This document shows positions 47,015-56,143 of a DNA stretch of 64,000 nucleotides, one piece after another; the stretch's first letter is position 1; each line of letters opens with the position of its first letter. A model generated the notes under the pieces. The model was not told the origin of the DNA. It ran no database searches and worked only from the letters and a program-made list of their open reading frames with translations. This stretch comes from Thermoplasmatales archaeon SW_10_69_26. GTDB lineage: Archaea; Thermoplasmatota; SW-10-69-26. Where the stretch lies: positions 19,149-83,148 of the forward strand of contig PXUB01000017.1 in assembly GCA_003009755.1 (NCBI GenBank), read 5' to 3'. The position numbers were made by a program, and so were the translations under genes.

Positions 47015-48172
47015 ATGCGTCGATCGATCACGACGGTCGGGTTCGTCGTCCTCACGCTGCTGGTGGCAGGTGGCGGGGCCGCGCAGACGGTCTCGGGCTC
47101 CGCTGACGCCTCCGCCGACGCGGAGACGACGACCGATCAGGACTGGGAAACCGAGGGCTACAGCACGCAGAACGACCAGGCCGACGCCGAGGCCTCCACC
47201 GGCGAGTCCACGCGGGTCTCCGCCGACGCCTCCGCCGACGCGGAGCTCGACGCCGACGAGGTCCGCCAAGAGGCCGAGAACCGGCTCGACCAGGCGCGCG
47301 AGACGGCCAACTCCACCCAGGCCGAGCTCTCGTCCCAGGTCGAGGGCGAGGTCCACCTCGACGAGGACCTCGATACGCACGAAGAGGTCGCCTTCGAGAC
47401 CAACACCGAGGAGGACCACGAGGACGAGCCCTCCGCCGAGGACGACGAAAACGCCTCCGAGGAGGACGAGGGCGAGGCTGAGCGCGCGGACCGCGCCCAG
47501 GCCGACACTCGCTCCAACAGCCACGGCTACGTCCAACACAACGCCTCCGGCGAAGGGCAGGCCGAGGCCGAGGGCGAGACCGAGCAGGACACCGAGCAGG
47601 ACGCCGACGCCGAGGACGAGCGCGAGCAGCCCGACGAGGCGGACGAGGCCGAGACCGAGCCCTCGATCCAGATCGAGGCCTCGCACTCGCACTGGGCCTA
47701 CGCGCAACAGCGCATCGAGGAGATCGAGTCCCAGACCCAGATCCGCGCCGACGGTGTGGACGTCCACCACGAGCGCTCGATCGACCCGGACCTCGACGAG
47801 AGCGCCTCCGCCGACGTGGGCCTCTCGGCCGCCTTCAGCGCGACGACCGCCCACATCGCCAACGGTGCCTCCACCGTGCAGGAGACGACCCAGTCGCTGA
47901 CCTCCGAGGTCCGCGAGCTCGTCGATCACACCTCGGGTGGCGCCCGAGCATCCTCGCACACGACGGTCGACGAGCGGGTCGACGTCGCCGGGCAGGCCCA
48001 AGGCTCCCTCGAGGGCCAAGCCGAGTCCCAGCTCGACCACGAGGTCCCCGACCCCGAGCTGCCCGACGCCGATCCGCCGCGGACCGACGTCGACGCCGAC
48101 ACGCAGGCCTCCTCCCACACCGAGGCCGAGTCCAGCCTCGCGGGCGACGAGCAGATCGGAACCGACATCTGA
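47015..48172 (+). CDS. Secreted, extremely acidic low-complexity protein
   Basis: Signal peptide; rich in D/E/A/S/T/Q; internal SADASADAE repeat. Confidence 0.75.
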   Translation: MRRSITTVGFVVLTLLVAGGGAAQTVSGSADASADAETTTDQDWETEGYSTQNDQADAEASTGESTRVSADASADAELDADEVRQEAENRLDQARETANSTQAELSSQVEGEVHLDEDLDTHEEVAFETNTEEDHEDEPSAEDDENASEEDEGEAERADRAQADTRSNSHGYVQHNASGEGQAEAEGETEQDTEQDADAEDEREQPDEADEAETEPSIQIEASHSHWAYAQQRIEEIESQTQIRADGVDVHHERSIDPDLDESASADVGLSAAFSATTAHIANGASTVQETTQSLTSEVRELVDHTSGGARASSHTTVDERVDVAGQAQGSLEGQAESQLDHEVPDPELPDADPPRTDVDADTQASSHTEAESSLAGDEQIGTDI

Positions 48173-48809
48173 TCCCCGCCGCGGCCGCCATCTCGACGTG
48201 CCGGTCGCCGCCGCCTTCCACCGGTTCGACGTGGCCGGGGTACAGGTTCTCGACGTCGAGGTCGGCCAACCGCTTCAGCGTCGACAGCATCTGGGAGCCG
48301 TCGCCGGTCGGCAGGTCCACCCGACCGAAGGAACCCTGCGAGAACACGGCGTCGCCGGCCAACAGCGTGCCCGAGTCGGCATGCCACAGGCTGGTGTGGC
48401 CCGCCGTGTGCCCCGGCGTGTGCAGCACCGCCAGCTCGACGTCGCCGACGGCGATCGCCGTCTCCGGCTCGATGCCCGTCACGGGGTGGGCCCGTTGCTC
48501 GGCGCCGTACTGCTCGCCCAACGTCAGATCGGCTCGGCCCTCGCGGACGGCCTGCGCCTCGGCTTCGGGCATGACGAGCTCGGCGTCGAAGGCCTCGGCC
48601 AAGGCGGGCGCGCCGCCGACGTGGTCGTGGTGCCAGTGGGTCAGGTAGATGCGGTCCAGCGTCCGATCGCCCAGCAGCTCCTCGACCCGATCACGCGTCG
48701 AGGCGAGCCCGAGCCCGGTCCCGGCGTCGACGATCAACGCCTCGTCGCTCGCCGTCACGAGGTAGTGGTTGCAATCGAAGCCGCCACCGCCGACCCGTTC
48801 GACGTCCAC
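47835..48809 (-). CDS. Metallo-beta-lactamase-fold hydrolase (C-terminus reads through into the convergent gene)
   Basis: THWHHDHVGG, HTPGHT, GDAVF, GRVDLP, YPGH; recognisable fold ends near 48170. Confidence 0.85.
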   Translation of the reverse strand: MDVERVGGGGFDCNHYLVTASDEALIVDAGTGLGLASTRDRVEELLGDRTLDRIYLTHWHHDHVGGAPALAEAFDAELVMPEAEAQAVREGRADLTLGEQYGAEQRAHPVTGIEPETAIAVGDVELAVLHTPGHTAGHTSLWHADSGTLLAGDAVFSQGSFGRVDLPTGDGSQMLSTLKRLADLDVENLYPGHVEPVEGGGDRHVEMAAAAGIRCRFRSARRPRGWTRPRCGRRPACRRRRRSAADRRRAARGRGPRGRAGTRLGPRGSLGPARRRRPARRPSCARMLGRHPRCDRRARGPRRSATGSSPARWRHRWRCGRSSR

Positions 48810-49008
48810 GCCGACGGCAGGTCCTCGGATGCCTTCAGCCTTCCGTCGGGGCACCCACGGTCCACCACGGCCTCCCGCTCGCCGGTTCCCCGTCCAGGTC
48901 GATCCCTGGAACGGAAGAGAAGGTCTTTTGCGGGCCGACGGTGGGACAAATAAAGGTAGACGAAACATCTATATAGATGGAACAACAGAATACCGGGTGG
49001 GATGGACC

Positions 49009-49389
49009 ATGGACGTGGACATCGAGCCGGGGGATTGGCCGGTGGAGGGCGTCGCGCGTGTCCTCGAGCAGCGGCTGGGCCAGCCGCCCGACGTCGCTCG
49101 GGAGCAGTCCGAGCGCCTGCTCGAGATCTTCCACGCCGACACCACGATCGAGGACACCGAGGTCGAAAGCGACGAGCGCGAGCTGCTGTGGGACCTGATG
49201 TTGGCCGGCCTGGTGACGATGGAGACCCAGCACCGGCCCCACCCCGACCACGGGCGGATGTGGCGGTACTTCTACTGGCACCTCGTCCCGCCCGAGCGCC
49301 TCGAGGAGGAGGACCAGGAGGGCGAGGAGGAGCCCACCGTCTACGACGAGCTCCCCGCCAGCGCCTGGCGCGACCGCGCCACCGCGTGA
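49009..49389 (+). CDS. DUF6015-like protein
   Basis: IED..VESDERELLWDL...GL.......GRMWRYFYWHL pattern; TATA-like ATCTATATAGAT at ~48968. Confidence 0.65.
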   Translation: MDVDIEPGDWPVEGVARVLEQRLGQPPDVAREQSERLLEIFHADTTIEDTEVESDERELLWDLMLAGLVTMETQHRPHPDHGRMWRYFYWHLVPPERLEEEDQEGEEEPTVYDELPASAWRDRATA

Positions 49390-49455
49390 TCGCGGCCGAC
49401 CCCCCCGCGGCCCCGTCCGAAAGAGCTTGAAGGGGTGGCCAGCTGCGAAGACACG

Positions 49456-51108
49456 ATGCGGGTCCTCGGCATCGAATCGACGGCTCACACTTTCGGCGTC
49501 GGCATCGTCGAGGGTGACCCATCGGCCGAGGAACCCCACCCCCAAGTGCTCGCCAACGAGCGCGAGCTGTACACGCCGGCCCCCGAAGACGAGCCCGGCG
49601 GCACGACCGGCGGCATCCACCCCCGCGAGGCCGCCAACCACCACGCCCGCCTGGCCAGCGACGTGCTCGCCCGCGCCCTCGGGCAGGCCGACACGGGCCT
49701 CGACGAGGTCGACGCGATCGCGTTCTCCCAGAGCCCCGGGCTGGGCCCCTGCCTGCGCACCGGTGCCACCGTCGCCCGCGCCCTGGCGCTGCGCGAGGAG
49801 CTGGCCCTCGTCGGGGTCAACCACTGCGTGGCCCACCTCGAGATCGGGCGCGCCGTCTGCAACGTCGACGACCCGCTGCTGTTGTACGCCTCCGGCGCCA
49901 ACACCCAGGTCGTCGCCTACGCCCGCGGCCGCTACCGCGTCTTCGGCGAGACCCTGGACATCGGCGTCGGCAACTTCCTCGACAAGCTGGCCCGACGCAT
50001 TGGCCAACCGTTCCCCGGCGGCCCCGAGATCGAACGCCTGGCCGCCCGCGGCGACGAGCTGCTGGAGCTGCCGTACACGATCAAAGGCATGGACGTGGCC
50101 TTCTCCGGCATCCTGACCGCCGCCCAGTCGCTGCTCGACGACCACCGGGAGGAGGACGTCGCCTACAGCGTGCAGGAGACCGTGTTCGCCATGCTGACCG
50201 AGGTCACCGAGCGGGCCCTGGCCCACGTCGGCAAGGAGGACGTCGTCCTCGGCGGCGGCGTCGCCTGCAACGAACGCCTGACCGGCATGGTGAACCGCAT
50301 GGGCGCCGAACGCGGCGCCACGTCCCACCGACCGCCCAAGCCCCTGCTCGTCGACAACGGCGCCATGATCGCCTGGGCCGGCGCCGTGGCCCACGAGGCC
50401 GGCCGGGTGACGCCGGTCGCGGACAGCCGCATCGACCAGAAGCTGCGCACCGACCAGGTCGAGGTCCCCTGGCGCAGCGAACCCAAGCTCCGTCCCGACG
50501 CCCGCCGCGGCGGCGAAGCGATCGTCGACATCGAGGGCGAGCTCGTCACCAAGACCCGCCCGGTCAAGGACTACCGCCACCCCGCCCTCGACGAGCGTCT
50601 GCGCCGGCGCCGCACCAGCCGCGAGGCCCGGCTGCTCGCTCGGGCTCGCGAAGCCGGCGTCCCGACGCCGATCGTCCACGACGTCGACCCTCCGCCCGCC
50701 CGGTTGCGGATGCGCCGAGCCCGCGGGGTCCGCCTCCGCGACGCGCTCGAGGACCTGTCCCCCGAGGATCAACGCAGCACGCTCGAGGCCTTCGGCCACG
50801 CCCTCGCCCGCCTGCACCAGGCCGACATCGCCCACGGCGACCCGACGACCAGCAACGCGTTCGTCCGCGAGGACGGCCGCGTCGAGCTGATCGACTTCGG
50901 GCTCGCCAGCCTCGAGGACGAACCCGAGCCCAAAGCCACCGACCTCCACGTGCTCGACGAGGCGCTGGACGCCACCCACGACGATCCCGCCGGTGGCTTC
51001 GACGCCGTGCTCGCCGGCTACCGAGCCGCCGGCGAGGAGGCCGTGCTCGGCCAGCTCGAGGAGGTCCGCGCCCGGGGCCGCTACCGCGGCAGCGAGGACG
51101 CGGCCTGA
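49456..51108 (+). CDS. kae1: Bifunctional Kae1 (t6A synthase) - Bud32 kinase fusion
   Basis: LGIESTAHT, GGIHP, VNHCVAHLE, SGANTQ, DNGAMIA, followed by YRHP.LD, HGDPTTSN, IDFGL. Confidence 0.96.
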   Translation: MRVLGIESTAHTFGVGIVEGDPSAEEPHPQVLANERELYTPAPEDEPGGTTGGIHPREAANHHARLASDVLARALGQADTGLDEVDAIAFSQSPGLGPCLRTGATVARALALREELALVGVNHCVAHLEIGRAVCNVDDPLLLYASGANTQVVAYARGRYRVFGETLDIGVGNFLDKLARRIGQPFPGGPEIERLAARGDELLELPYTIKGMDVAFSGILTAAQSLLDDHREEDVAYSVQETVFAMLTEVTERALAHVGKEDVVLGGGVACNERLTGMVNRMGAERGATSHRPPKPLLVDNGAMIAWAGAVAHEAGRVTPVADSRIDQKLRTDQVEVPWRSEPKLRPDARRGGEAIVDIEGELVTKTRPVKDYRHPALDERLRRRRTSREARLLARAREAGVPTPIVHDVDPPPARLRMRRARGVRLRDALEDLSPEDQRSTLEAFGHALARLHQADIAHGDPTTSNAFVREDGRVELIDFGLASLEDEPEPKATDLHVLDEALDATHDDPAGGFDAVLAGYRAAGEEAVLGQLEEVRARGRYRGSEDAA

Positions 51109-52199
51109 GCCATCCGCGGGCGATCGAACCGCGAATCGTGCCAGGTGACGACCCGTTCGCCATCCAGCTCGGGGTGCAGCCGGGCGGCGTACTGGAAGCG
51201 GTCCTCGTCCTCGCCGCGGGGCGGTTCGTGCAGGTCCACGGCATTCGAGAACGGGCCCTGGGGCTGGTCGGCGGCCCGCAGGGTGATCGTGCCGGTACCG
51301 AGCCCCTCGAGCGTCGTGAGAATGACCCGGTCGTCGATCCGGTGCGCCGTGAACGAGGCCGCCAGCGTCTCGGCCACGACCTCCGGCTCGCCCTCTGGGG
51401 CGAAGCCGTCACCAGTCCACCGCTCGGCCCGACCCCAGTGGCCCTCGCGCACGTCCTCGACGGCCCACCGGAACAGGGCGACCTCGTGGACCTGGATCTC
51501 CCCGCTGTCGTCGGCCCGCTGCCCGTAGGCGTACAGATAGCCGTCCTCGACGAGCGCGGCGATGCCGACCGTGTACCCGTGGTCCTCGATCGCCGGGTCC
51601 ACGCGCTCGAGGGACCACTCCTCGGGCGAGCGCTCGTGCCCGCTCACCTCGAAGACCCGCCAGCCAGCCGCCTCGAAGCCGAACGGGCCCTCGCCGGTGT
51701 CTCGGACGCGGTTCGAGAAGACGACGAGCGCGTCCTCGACGAGCGCCGGCGCCGCCGGCCAGTGGAAGACCTCCTCGGACTCGTTCGGGAAGAACGCCGT
51801 CGGTCGCGTGCGCTCCTCCTCGCCCAGCGGATCCGGCGCCTCGTCCCCCTCATCGACGACCTCGGTCCCCCAGGCCGCCTCGAAGGACCCGCGGGCGGGA
51901 TCGGTCCCCGCCTGGATCGCGACCGTGTTGTGTACGAACGCGGGATCCCCGTCCCCGTCCGGGTCGACGAAGCTGTCGCCGAACAGCCAGAGGACGCGAT
52001 CGTCCTCGAGGAGCAGCGACTGGGCGCCGTCGCCGCCCTGCCAGGCTGGGTCCTGTTCGAACAACGAGCGGCCCTCTTCCCAGGCCTCCATGTCGGTCGT
52101 CGGCGGGGGCTCGGGGCCAAGCACCCCGATGCAGCCTGCCACCAAGGCCGCCATCGCGATCGCCGGGACGGCGAGCTCGACAGCCGTGCGTTCGCCCAC
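51081..52199 (-). CDS. Lipoprotein with DUF4185/DUF5005-like beta-propeller domain
   Basis: Lipobox VAGC; WQGGDGAQS..L.D.RVLWLFGDSF; DGYLYAYG; Y.ARLHP. Confidence 0.75.
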   Translation of the reverse strand: MGERTAVELAVPAIAMAALVAGCIGVLGPEPPPTTDMEAWEEGRSLFEQDPAWQGGDGAQSLLLEDDRVLWLFGDSFVDPDGDGDPAFVHNTVAIQAGTDPARGSFEAAWGTEVVDEGDEAPDPLGEEERTRPTAFFPNESEEVFHWPAAPALVEDALVVFSNRVRDTGEGPFGFEAAGWRVFEVSGHERSPEEWSLERVDPAIEDHGYTVGIAALVEDGYLYAYGQRADDSGEIQVHEVALFRWAVEDVREGHWGRAERWTGDGFAPEGEPEVVAETLAASFTAHRIDDRVILTTLEGLGTGTITLRAADQPQGPFSNAVDLHEPPRGEDEDRFQYAARLHPELDGERVVTWHDSRFDRPRMAQAASSLPR

Positions 52200-52267
52200 C
52201 TTGGAGCCTCCAGACGAGTAGCCCCCGCTCGCGGGATGTTTTTTACGGGGGGCGGGCTGCCTCGGCG

Positions 52268-52816
52268 ATGCCCACGATCACCTTCGCGACCGGCAACGAG
52301 GGCAAGCTCTCCGAGGCCCGCCAGCAGCTGGAACCGCTGGGTTTCGAGATCGACGCCTACGGCGGGGGCTACCCCGAGATCCAGGCCGACACGCTGGAGG
52401 CGGTCGCCCGCTTCGGGCTCGAGACCCTGGCCGGTGAGGTCCCCGAGCCGTTCCTGCTCGAGGACGCCGGCCTGTTCGTCGACGCCCTCGAGGGCTTCCC
52501 CGGCGTCTACTCCTCCTACGTCTTCGGGACGCTCGGCAACGAGGGCATCCTCTCGCTGCTCGCCGACACTGAGGACCCAAGCGCCCGCTTCCGCTCCGTG
52601 ATCGGGTTCCGCGTCGACGGCGAGGAGCACACGTTCGTCGGCGAGGTCGAGGGCACGATCACCGAGCAGGCCCGCGGCTCCGCCGGCTTCGGCTTCGACC
52701 CGATCTTCCAGCCCCGCGAGGCCGAGCGCACCTTCGCCGAGATGAGCCCCGAGGAGAAGATCGAGCTCAGCCACCGGTCGCGGGCCCTGGCCCGGCTCCG
52801 CGAGCACCTCGCCTGA
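52268..52816 (+). CDS. rdgB: XTP/dITP diphosphatase (Ham1 family)
   Basis: FATGNEGK, EDAGLFVDAL.GFPGVYS, GFGFDPIF, SHR. Confidence 0.96.
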   Translation: MPTITFATGNEGKLSEARQQLEPLGFEIDAYGGGYPEIQADTLEAVARFGLETLAGEVPEPFLLEDAGLFVDALEGFPGVYSSYVFGTLGNEGILSLLADTEDPSARFRSVIGFRVDGEEHTFVGEVEGTITEQARGSAGFGFDPIFQPREAERTFAEMSPEEKIELSHRSRALARLREHLA

Positions 52817-52869
52817 GGATGTTCGCCTGAGCGCATCCTGATAGGGACGGTGTTGCCGGACACCGACCC

Positions 52870-54006
52870 ATGCCCGATGCAGGCGGAAACGACGGGGCCT
52901 CGCCGCTGTCCTTCACCCGGCGAGCGCTGGAGCAAGCGGCTCGCTGCCGGGAGGCCGACCACGAGGGCGTCAACCCCCACAAGTTCTACCGCGGGCTGCG
53001 CGAGCACCTCGTCCACCTCCGCGGGCCCCGGGACCCACCCTACGAGGTGCTTGGCCAGCGCGCCCGCGATCTGCGATTCGATCCCGACGCCGCCGGCCAA
53101 CGCACCGGCGCCTTCACCGCCCGCATGCAGGCCCGCTCGACGACGCCCGCGCTCGGCCCCGCCCTCCTCGACCACCGCCCCTACGGCCCCCAAGGCGCGG
53201 GCCTGGCCGGGATCGGGCTGCTCGTCGTCTGCTTCGGCCTCGTCTCGAACCCGCTGCTGCTCCTCGGCTCCGCCCTCACCCTCGTCGGCCTCGGGATCTT
53301 CTCCCACACCGACGAGGCCGCCATCCCCCTGCAGCGCCGCGACGTCGTCAGCGCCCTCGTGGAAGGCGAAGCCCGGGAGTCTATGCGCTCCACCCCCAGC
53401 GGCCAGCGCAGCGAGCTCTCCGCCGAGATGGGCGTCGTCTACGCCGGCGACGTGTTCCTCCAGATCCCGGCCCGCCAGGTGAGCCAGCTCCCCTGGGCGG
53501 TCCGCACCGAGCTGGCGAACCGACGGTCGCGGTGGAGCCGGGCCCTCGCCGACGACCGCGAGACCCACGGCGACGTCGCCACCGGGTTCCTCGACGCCCT
53601 CCGGGCGTGGACGCTGCTCGAAGGCGAGTGGACCCGCCACCGGATCGAGAGCCTCCAACGCGAGGCCCGCGGCAGCCTCCACCGGCGGCAAACCTACACC
53701 CGGTTGCTCTCGCGGATGCGCCCGACCGACGTCCGCAGCCGCGAGCTCGACCGCATCGAGCGCGATCTCGACGCCTGGGCGGCCGCCATGGACGCCTATA
53801 TCGCCCACGAGCGCGAGCGGCCCATCCCTCGCCACAACGGGCACGCGTCCCCGACCCGCACCGACGGCGACCGACGGCGATCGCGGACCCGCGATGGCCA
53901 CGCCCGCCCTCCGCTGCGCGCCCGGACGGACCGACCGCTGGAGGCGGTAGACTGGGTCCAGCGAGCCGAAGCTCGGCGGCCGACGCGCCGCACTAAACGA
54001 AGCTGA
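52870..54006 (+). CDS. Hypothetical two-TM membrane protein
   Basis: Long ORF with a central hydrophobic hairpin; unusually Arg-rich. Confidence 0.6.
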   Translation: MPDAGGNDGASPLSFTRRALEQAARCREADHEGVNPHKFYRGLREHLVHLRGPRDPPYEVLGQRARDLRFDPDAAGQRTGAFTARMQARSTTPALGPALLDHRPYGPQGAGLAGIGLLVVCFGLVSNPLLLLGSALTLVGLGIFSHTDEAAIPLQRRDVVSALVEGEARESMRSTPSGQRSELSAEMGVVYAGDVFLQIPARQVSQLPWAVRTELANRRSRWSRALADDRETHGDVATGFLDALRAWTLLEGEWTRHRIESLQREARGSLHRRQTYTRLLSRMRPTDVRSRELDRIERDLDAWAAAMDAYIAHERERPIPRHNGHASPTRTDGDRRRSRTRDGHARPPLRARTDRPLEAVDWVQRAEARRPTRRTKRS

Positions 54007-54373
54007 AGAACTGCAGGTGGAAACCGTCGGGGTCGCGCACCGTGAAGCGCCGGATGCCCCACGGCTTGTCCTCCGGTTCCTGCTCGACGGGGGCCCCGCC
54101 CTTCTCGACGACGCGCTCGTAGTACTTGTCCACGTCGTCGACCTCGAAGCAGACGTTCTGGCCCACGCCTCGCTTGTAGGACTTGACCTCCTCCCGGTAG
54201 TCTTCGTCCTCGATCGCGTCCTCGCCGTGCAACCAGACGGTGAGCTGACCGGAGCGCAGCTCGACGACGCCCTCGTCGCGACCGGCGACGACGAAACCGA
54301 GCACGTCGCGGTAGAACTCGATCGACTCCTCGAGGTCCTCCGGGATGATCATCGGGATGGCTTTGCGAAGCAT
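53993..54373 (-). CDS. VOC/glyoxalase family protein
   Basis: DLEESIEFYRDVLGF, FEVDDVD, PWGIRRFTVRDPDG. Confidence 0.92.
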   Translation of the reverse strand: MLRKAIPMIIPEDLEESIEFYRDVLGFVVAGRDEGVVELRSGQLTVWLHGEDAIEDEDYREEVKSYKRGVGQNVCFEVDDVDKYYERVVEKGGAPVEQEPEDKPWGIRRFTVRDPDGFHLQFFSFV

Positions 54374-54682
54374 GGGAACCCTCCGCCCTCGGCGGGGCTA
54401 GTCCACCCGCCCCGAGGGGCCTGCTCGGCCTTCAAGGTGACGCCGGGGAGACCACCGCTCGTCTTACTTCGACCCTAAGCTACGGAGAGGGATAGGAAGA
54501 CTATATACAAGATGCTATCCTGCCTGGACGTGGAGGGCGTGGCCCGGCACGGACCGAGAGCGCTCCGCAGCCCAGCCTCCCAAGCCTCCACGCTTAATCC
54601 TACGGACCTTTCGGCACCGGCTGTCATGGGTCACCCCTCCGTCCTTTCCCTTCCCCTCCAACGGCTCCAGACCGACGACCCC

Positions 54683-54835
54683 TCGCGCTGTAAGGATAAA
54701 AAACGGGGGGGGACCACCAAGTACGCGAAGGGACACCAGGGCACAAAGGCGAGCAGCTGCCGTGACAACGCCGCCCGGCGGCGAGTCACAGGCCCTTCGT
54801 GGCCTTGGCGATCCTTCGTGTCCTTCGCGGCCCCT
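54683..54835 (+). repeat. Palindromic intergenic element, family B copy 2
   Basis: Six substitutions versus 10439-10591 in the ~120-nt core. Confidence 0.9.
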
Positions 54836-54929
54836 CCTCCGCCCGCGTGCCGTTGACCCGGCCCCCTCCTTCCCGCGGCCCCCTCTCGGTCTCCGCCGGG
54901 AGCCCCGCCGCCGTCCCCGAGGTGGAGCC

Positions 54930-55151
54930 GTGAACGATACCGACGAGAGCCTGCCGGCGACCAGCCCCCGCACCGTCATGGTCGCGGCCGGCGTCTTCCT
55001 GCTCGTCATCGGGCTGCCCGCGGCCCTGTTCTTCTACGCGGGACGGATGCAGGTCGCTCTCGGCCTGCTCGCCATCTTCGCGCTCATGGTCCTGGCCACC
55101 GCCTACGCCCTGCACAAGGCCATGGAAGCCGAGGACAGCGAGGACGCGTAG
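54930..55151 (+). CDS. Small two-TM membrane protein
   Basis: GTG start after GGTGGAG; two hydrophobic helices; acidic termini. Confidence 0.65.
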   Translation: MNDTDESLPATSPRTVMVAAGVFLLVIGLPAALFFYAGRMQVALGLLAIFALMVLATAYALHKAMEAEDSEDA

Positions 55152-55163
55152 GGCCGAGCGTAT

Positions 55164-56081
55164 TTGTCTTCGGAGCCTTGGGTCGGCGTGGACCGCGAGC
55201 AGGCGGCCGCCTACTCGGCTCTCGTCACCGTCCAGCTCCTCTTCGCCACGCTCCCCGTCGCGATGAAGTTCGGGCTCGAGGAGCTGCACCCGACGGTGTT
55301 CGTCGCCATCCGCGTCGCCGCCGGCGCAGGCCTGCTGTTCGCCCTCGAACGCCTCGTCCACGCTTCCCAGATCCCCAGCGTCTCCGACCTCGGCCGCCTG
55401 GCCCTCTACGCCGTGTTCGGGGTCACCCTGAACATGGTCCTGTTCGTCTGGGGCCTGGACCTCTCGACCGCCGTCAACGCGACGCTGCTGATGACGATGA
55501 TCCCGGTCTTCACCTACGCGATCGCGTTGATCGCCGGGCAGGAGTTCTTCGCGATACCGCGGGCCGCCGGCATCCTCGTCGCCTTGGCCGGCGTCGCCGT
55601 GCTGCTGGATCCCCGCCGGTTCTCCCTCGGCGATTCCACCTTGCTGGGGAACCTGCTCATCCTCGTCAACACGCTGGCCTACTCGATCTACCTGGTCATC
55701 AGCCGGCCGATCCTGACCCGTATCGAGCCGCTCACCGCGATCGCCTGGATCTTCCTCTTCGGCGCCTTCATGCTCGTCCCCCTGGGCCTTTTCCAGGCCG
55801 GCGCCGGCGCCTTCCTCGTCTCCGGCCGCTCGGCGATCATCCTGACCTACATCGTGATCGGTCCGACCGTCTCCGTGTACGCGCTCAACCTCTGGGCGCT
55901 GGAACGGGTCGCCTCGAGCACGGTGGCCGCCTTCATCTACCTGCAACCGATCGCCGGCGTCGCCCTCGCCTGGTGGCTGCTGGGTGAACCCGTGCACGCC
56001 CGCACGTTCGTCGCCGGCGCCCTGGTCTTCGCCGGCGTCGGCCTCGTCACCCTCCTCGACCCCGACAGCGAACCAGCCTGA
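55164..56081 (+). CDS. DMT/EamA family transporter
   Basis: About ten TM helices; AIRV, PVFT, FIYLQPI..GEP motifs. Confidence 0.92.
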   Translation: MSSEPWVGVDREQAAAYSALVTVQLLFATLPVAMKFGLEELHPTVFVAIRVAAGAGLLFALERLVHASQIPSVSDLGRLALYAVFGVTLNMVLFVWGLDLSTAVNATLLMTMIPVFTYAIALIAGQEFFAIPRAAGILVALAGVAVLLDPRRFSLGDSTLLGNLLILVNTLAYSIYLVISRPILTRIEPLTAIAWIFLFGAFMLVPLGLFQAGAGAFLVSGRSAIILTYIVIGPTVSVYALNLWALERVASSTVAAFIYLQPIAGVALAWWLLGEPVHARTFVAGALVFAGVGLVTLLDPDSEPA

Positions 56082-56143
56082 GCCGTTCGTCTCTTCCCAC
56101 AGTGGCGGTACCTTGACAAGCCCGGGCAGGGTAGGCTGCAACG

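Noticed and set aside
49456-51108. Kae1-Bud32 fusion as a novelty
   Set aside because: Well known in euryarchaea and Thermoplasmata.
54512-54856. 114-aa ORF downstream of a TATA-like CTATATA
   Set aside because: It runs through the family B repeat and has atypical basic composition; treated as non-coding.
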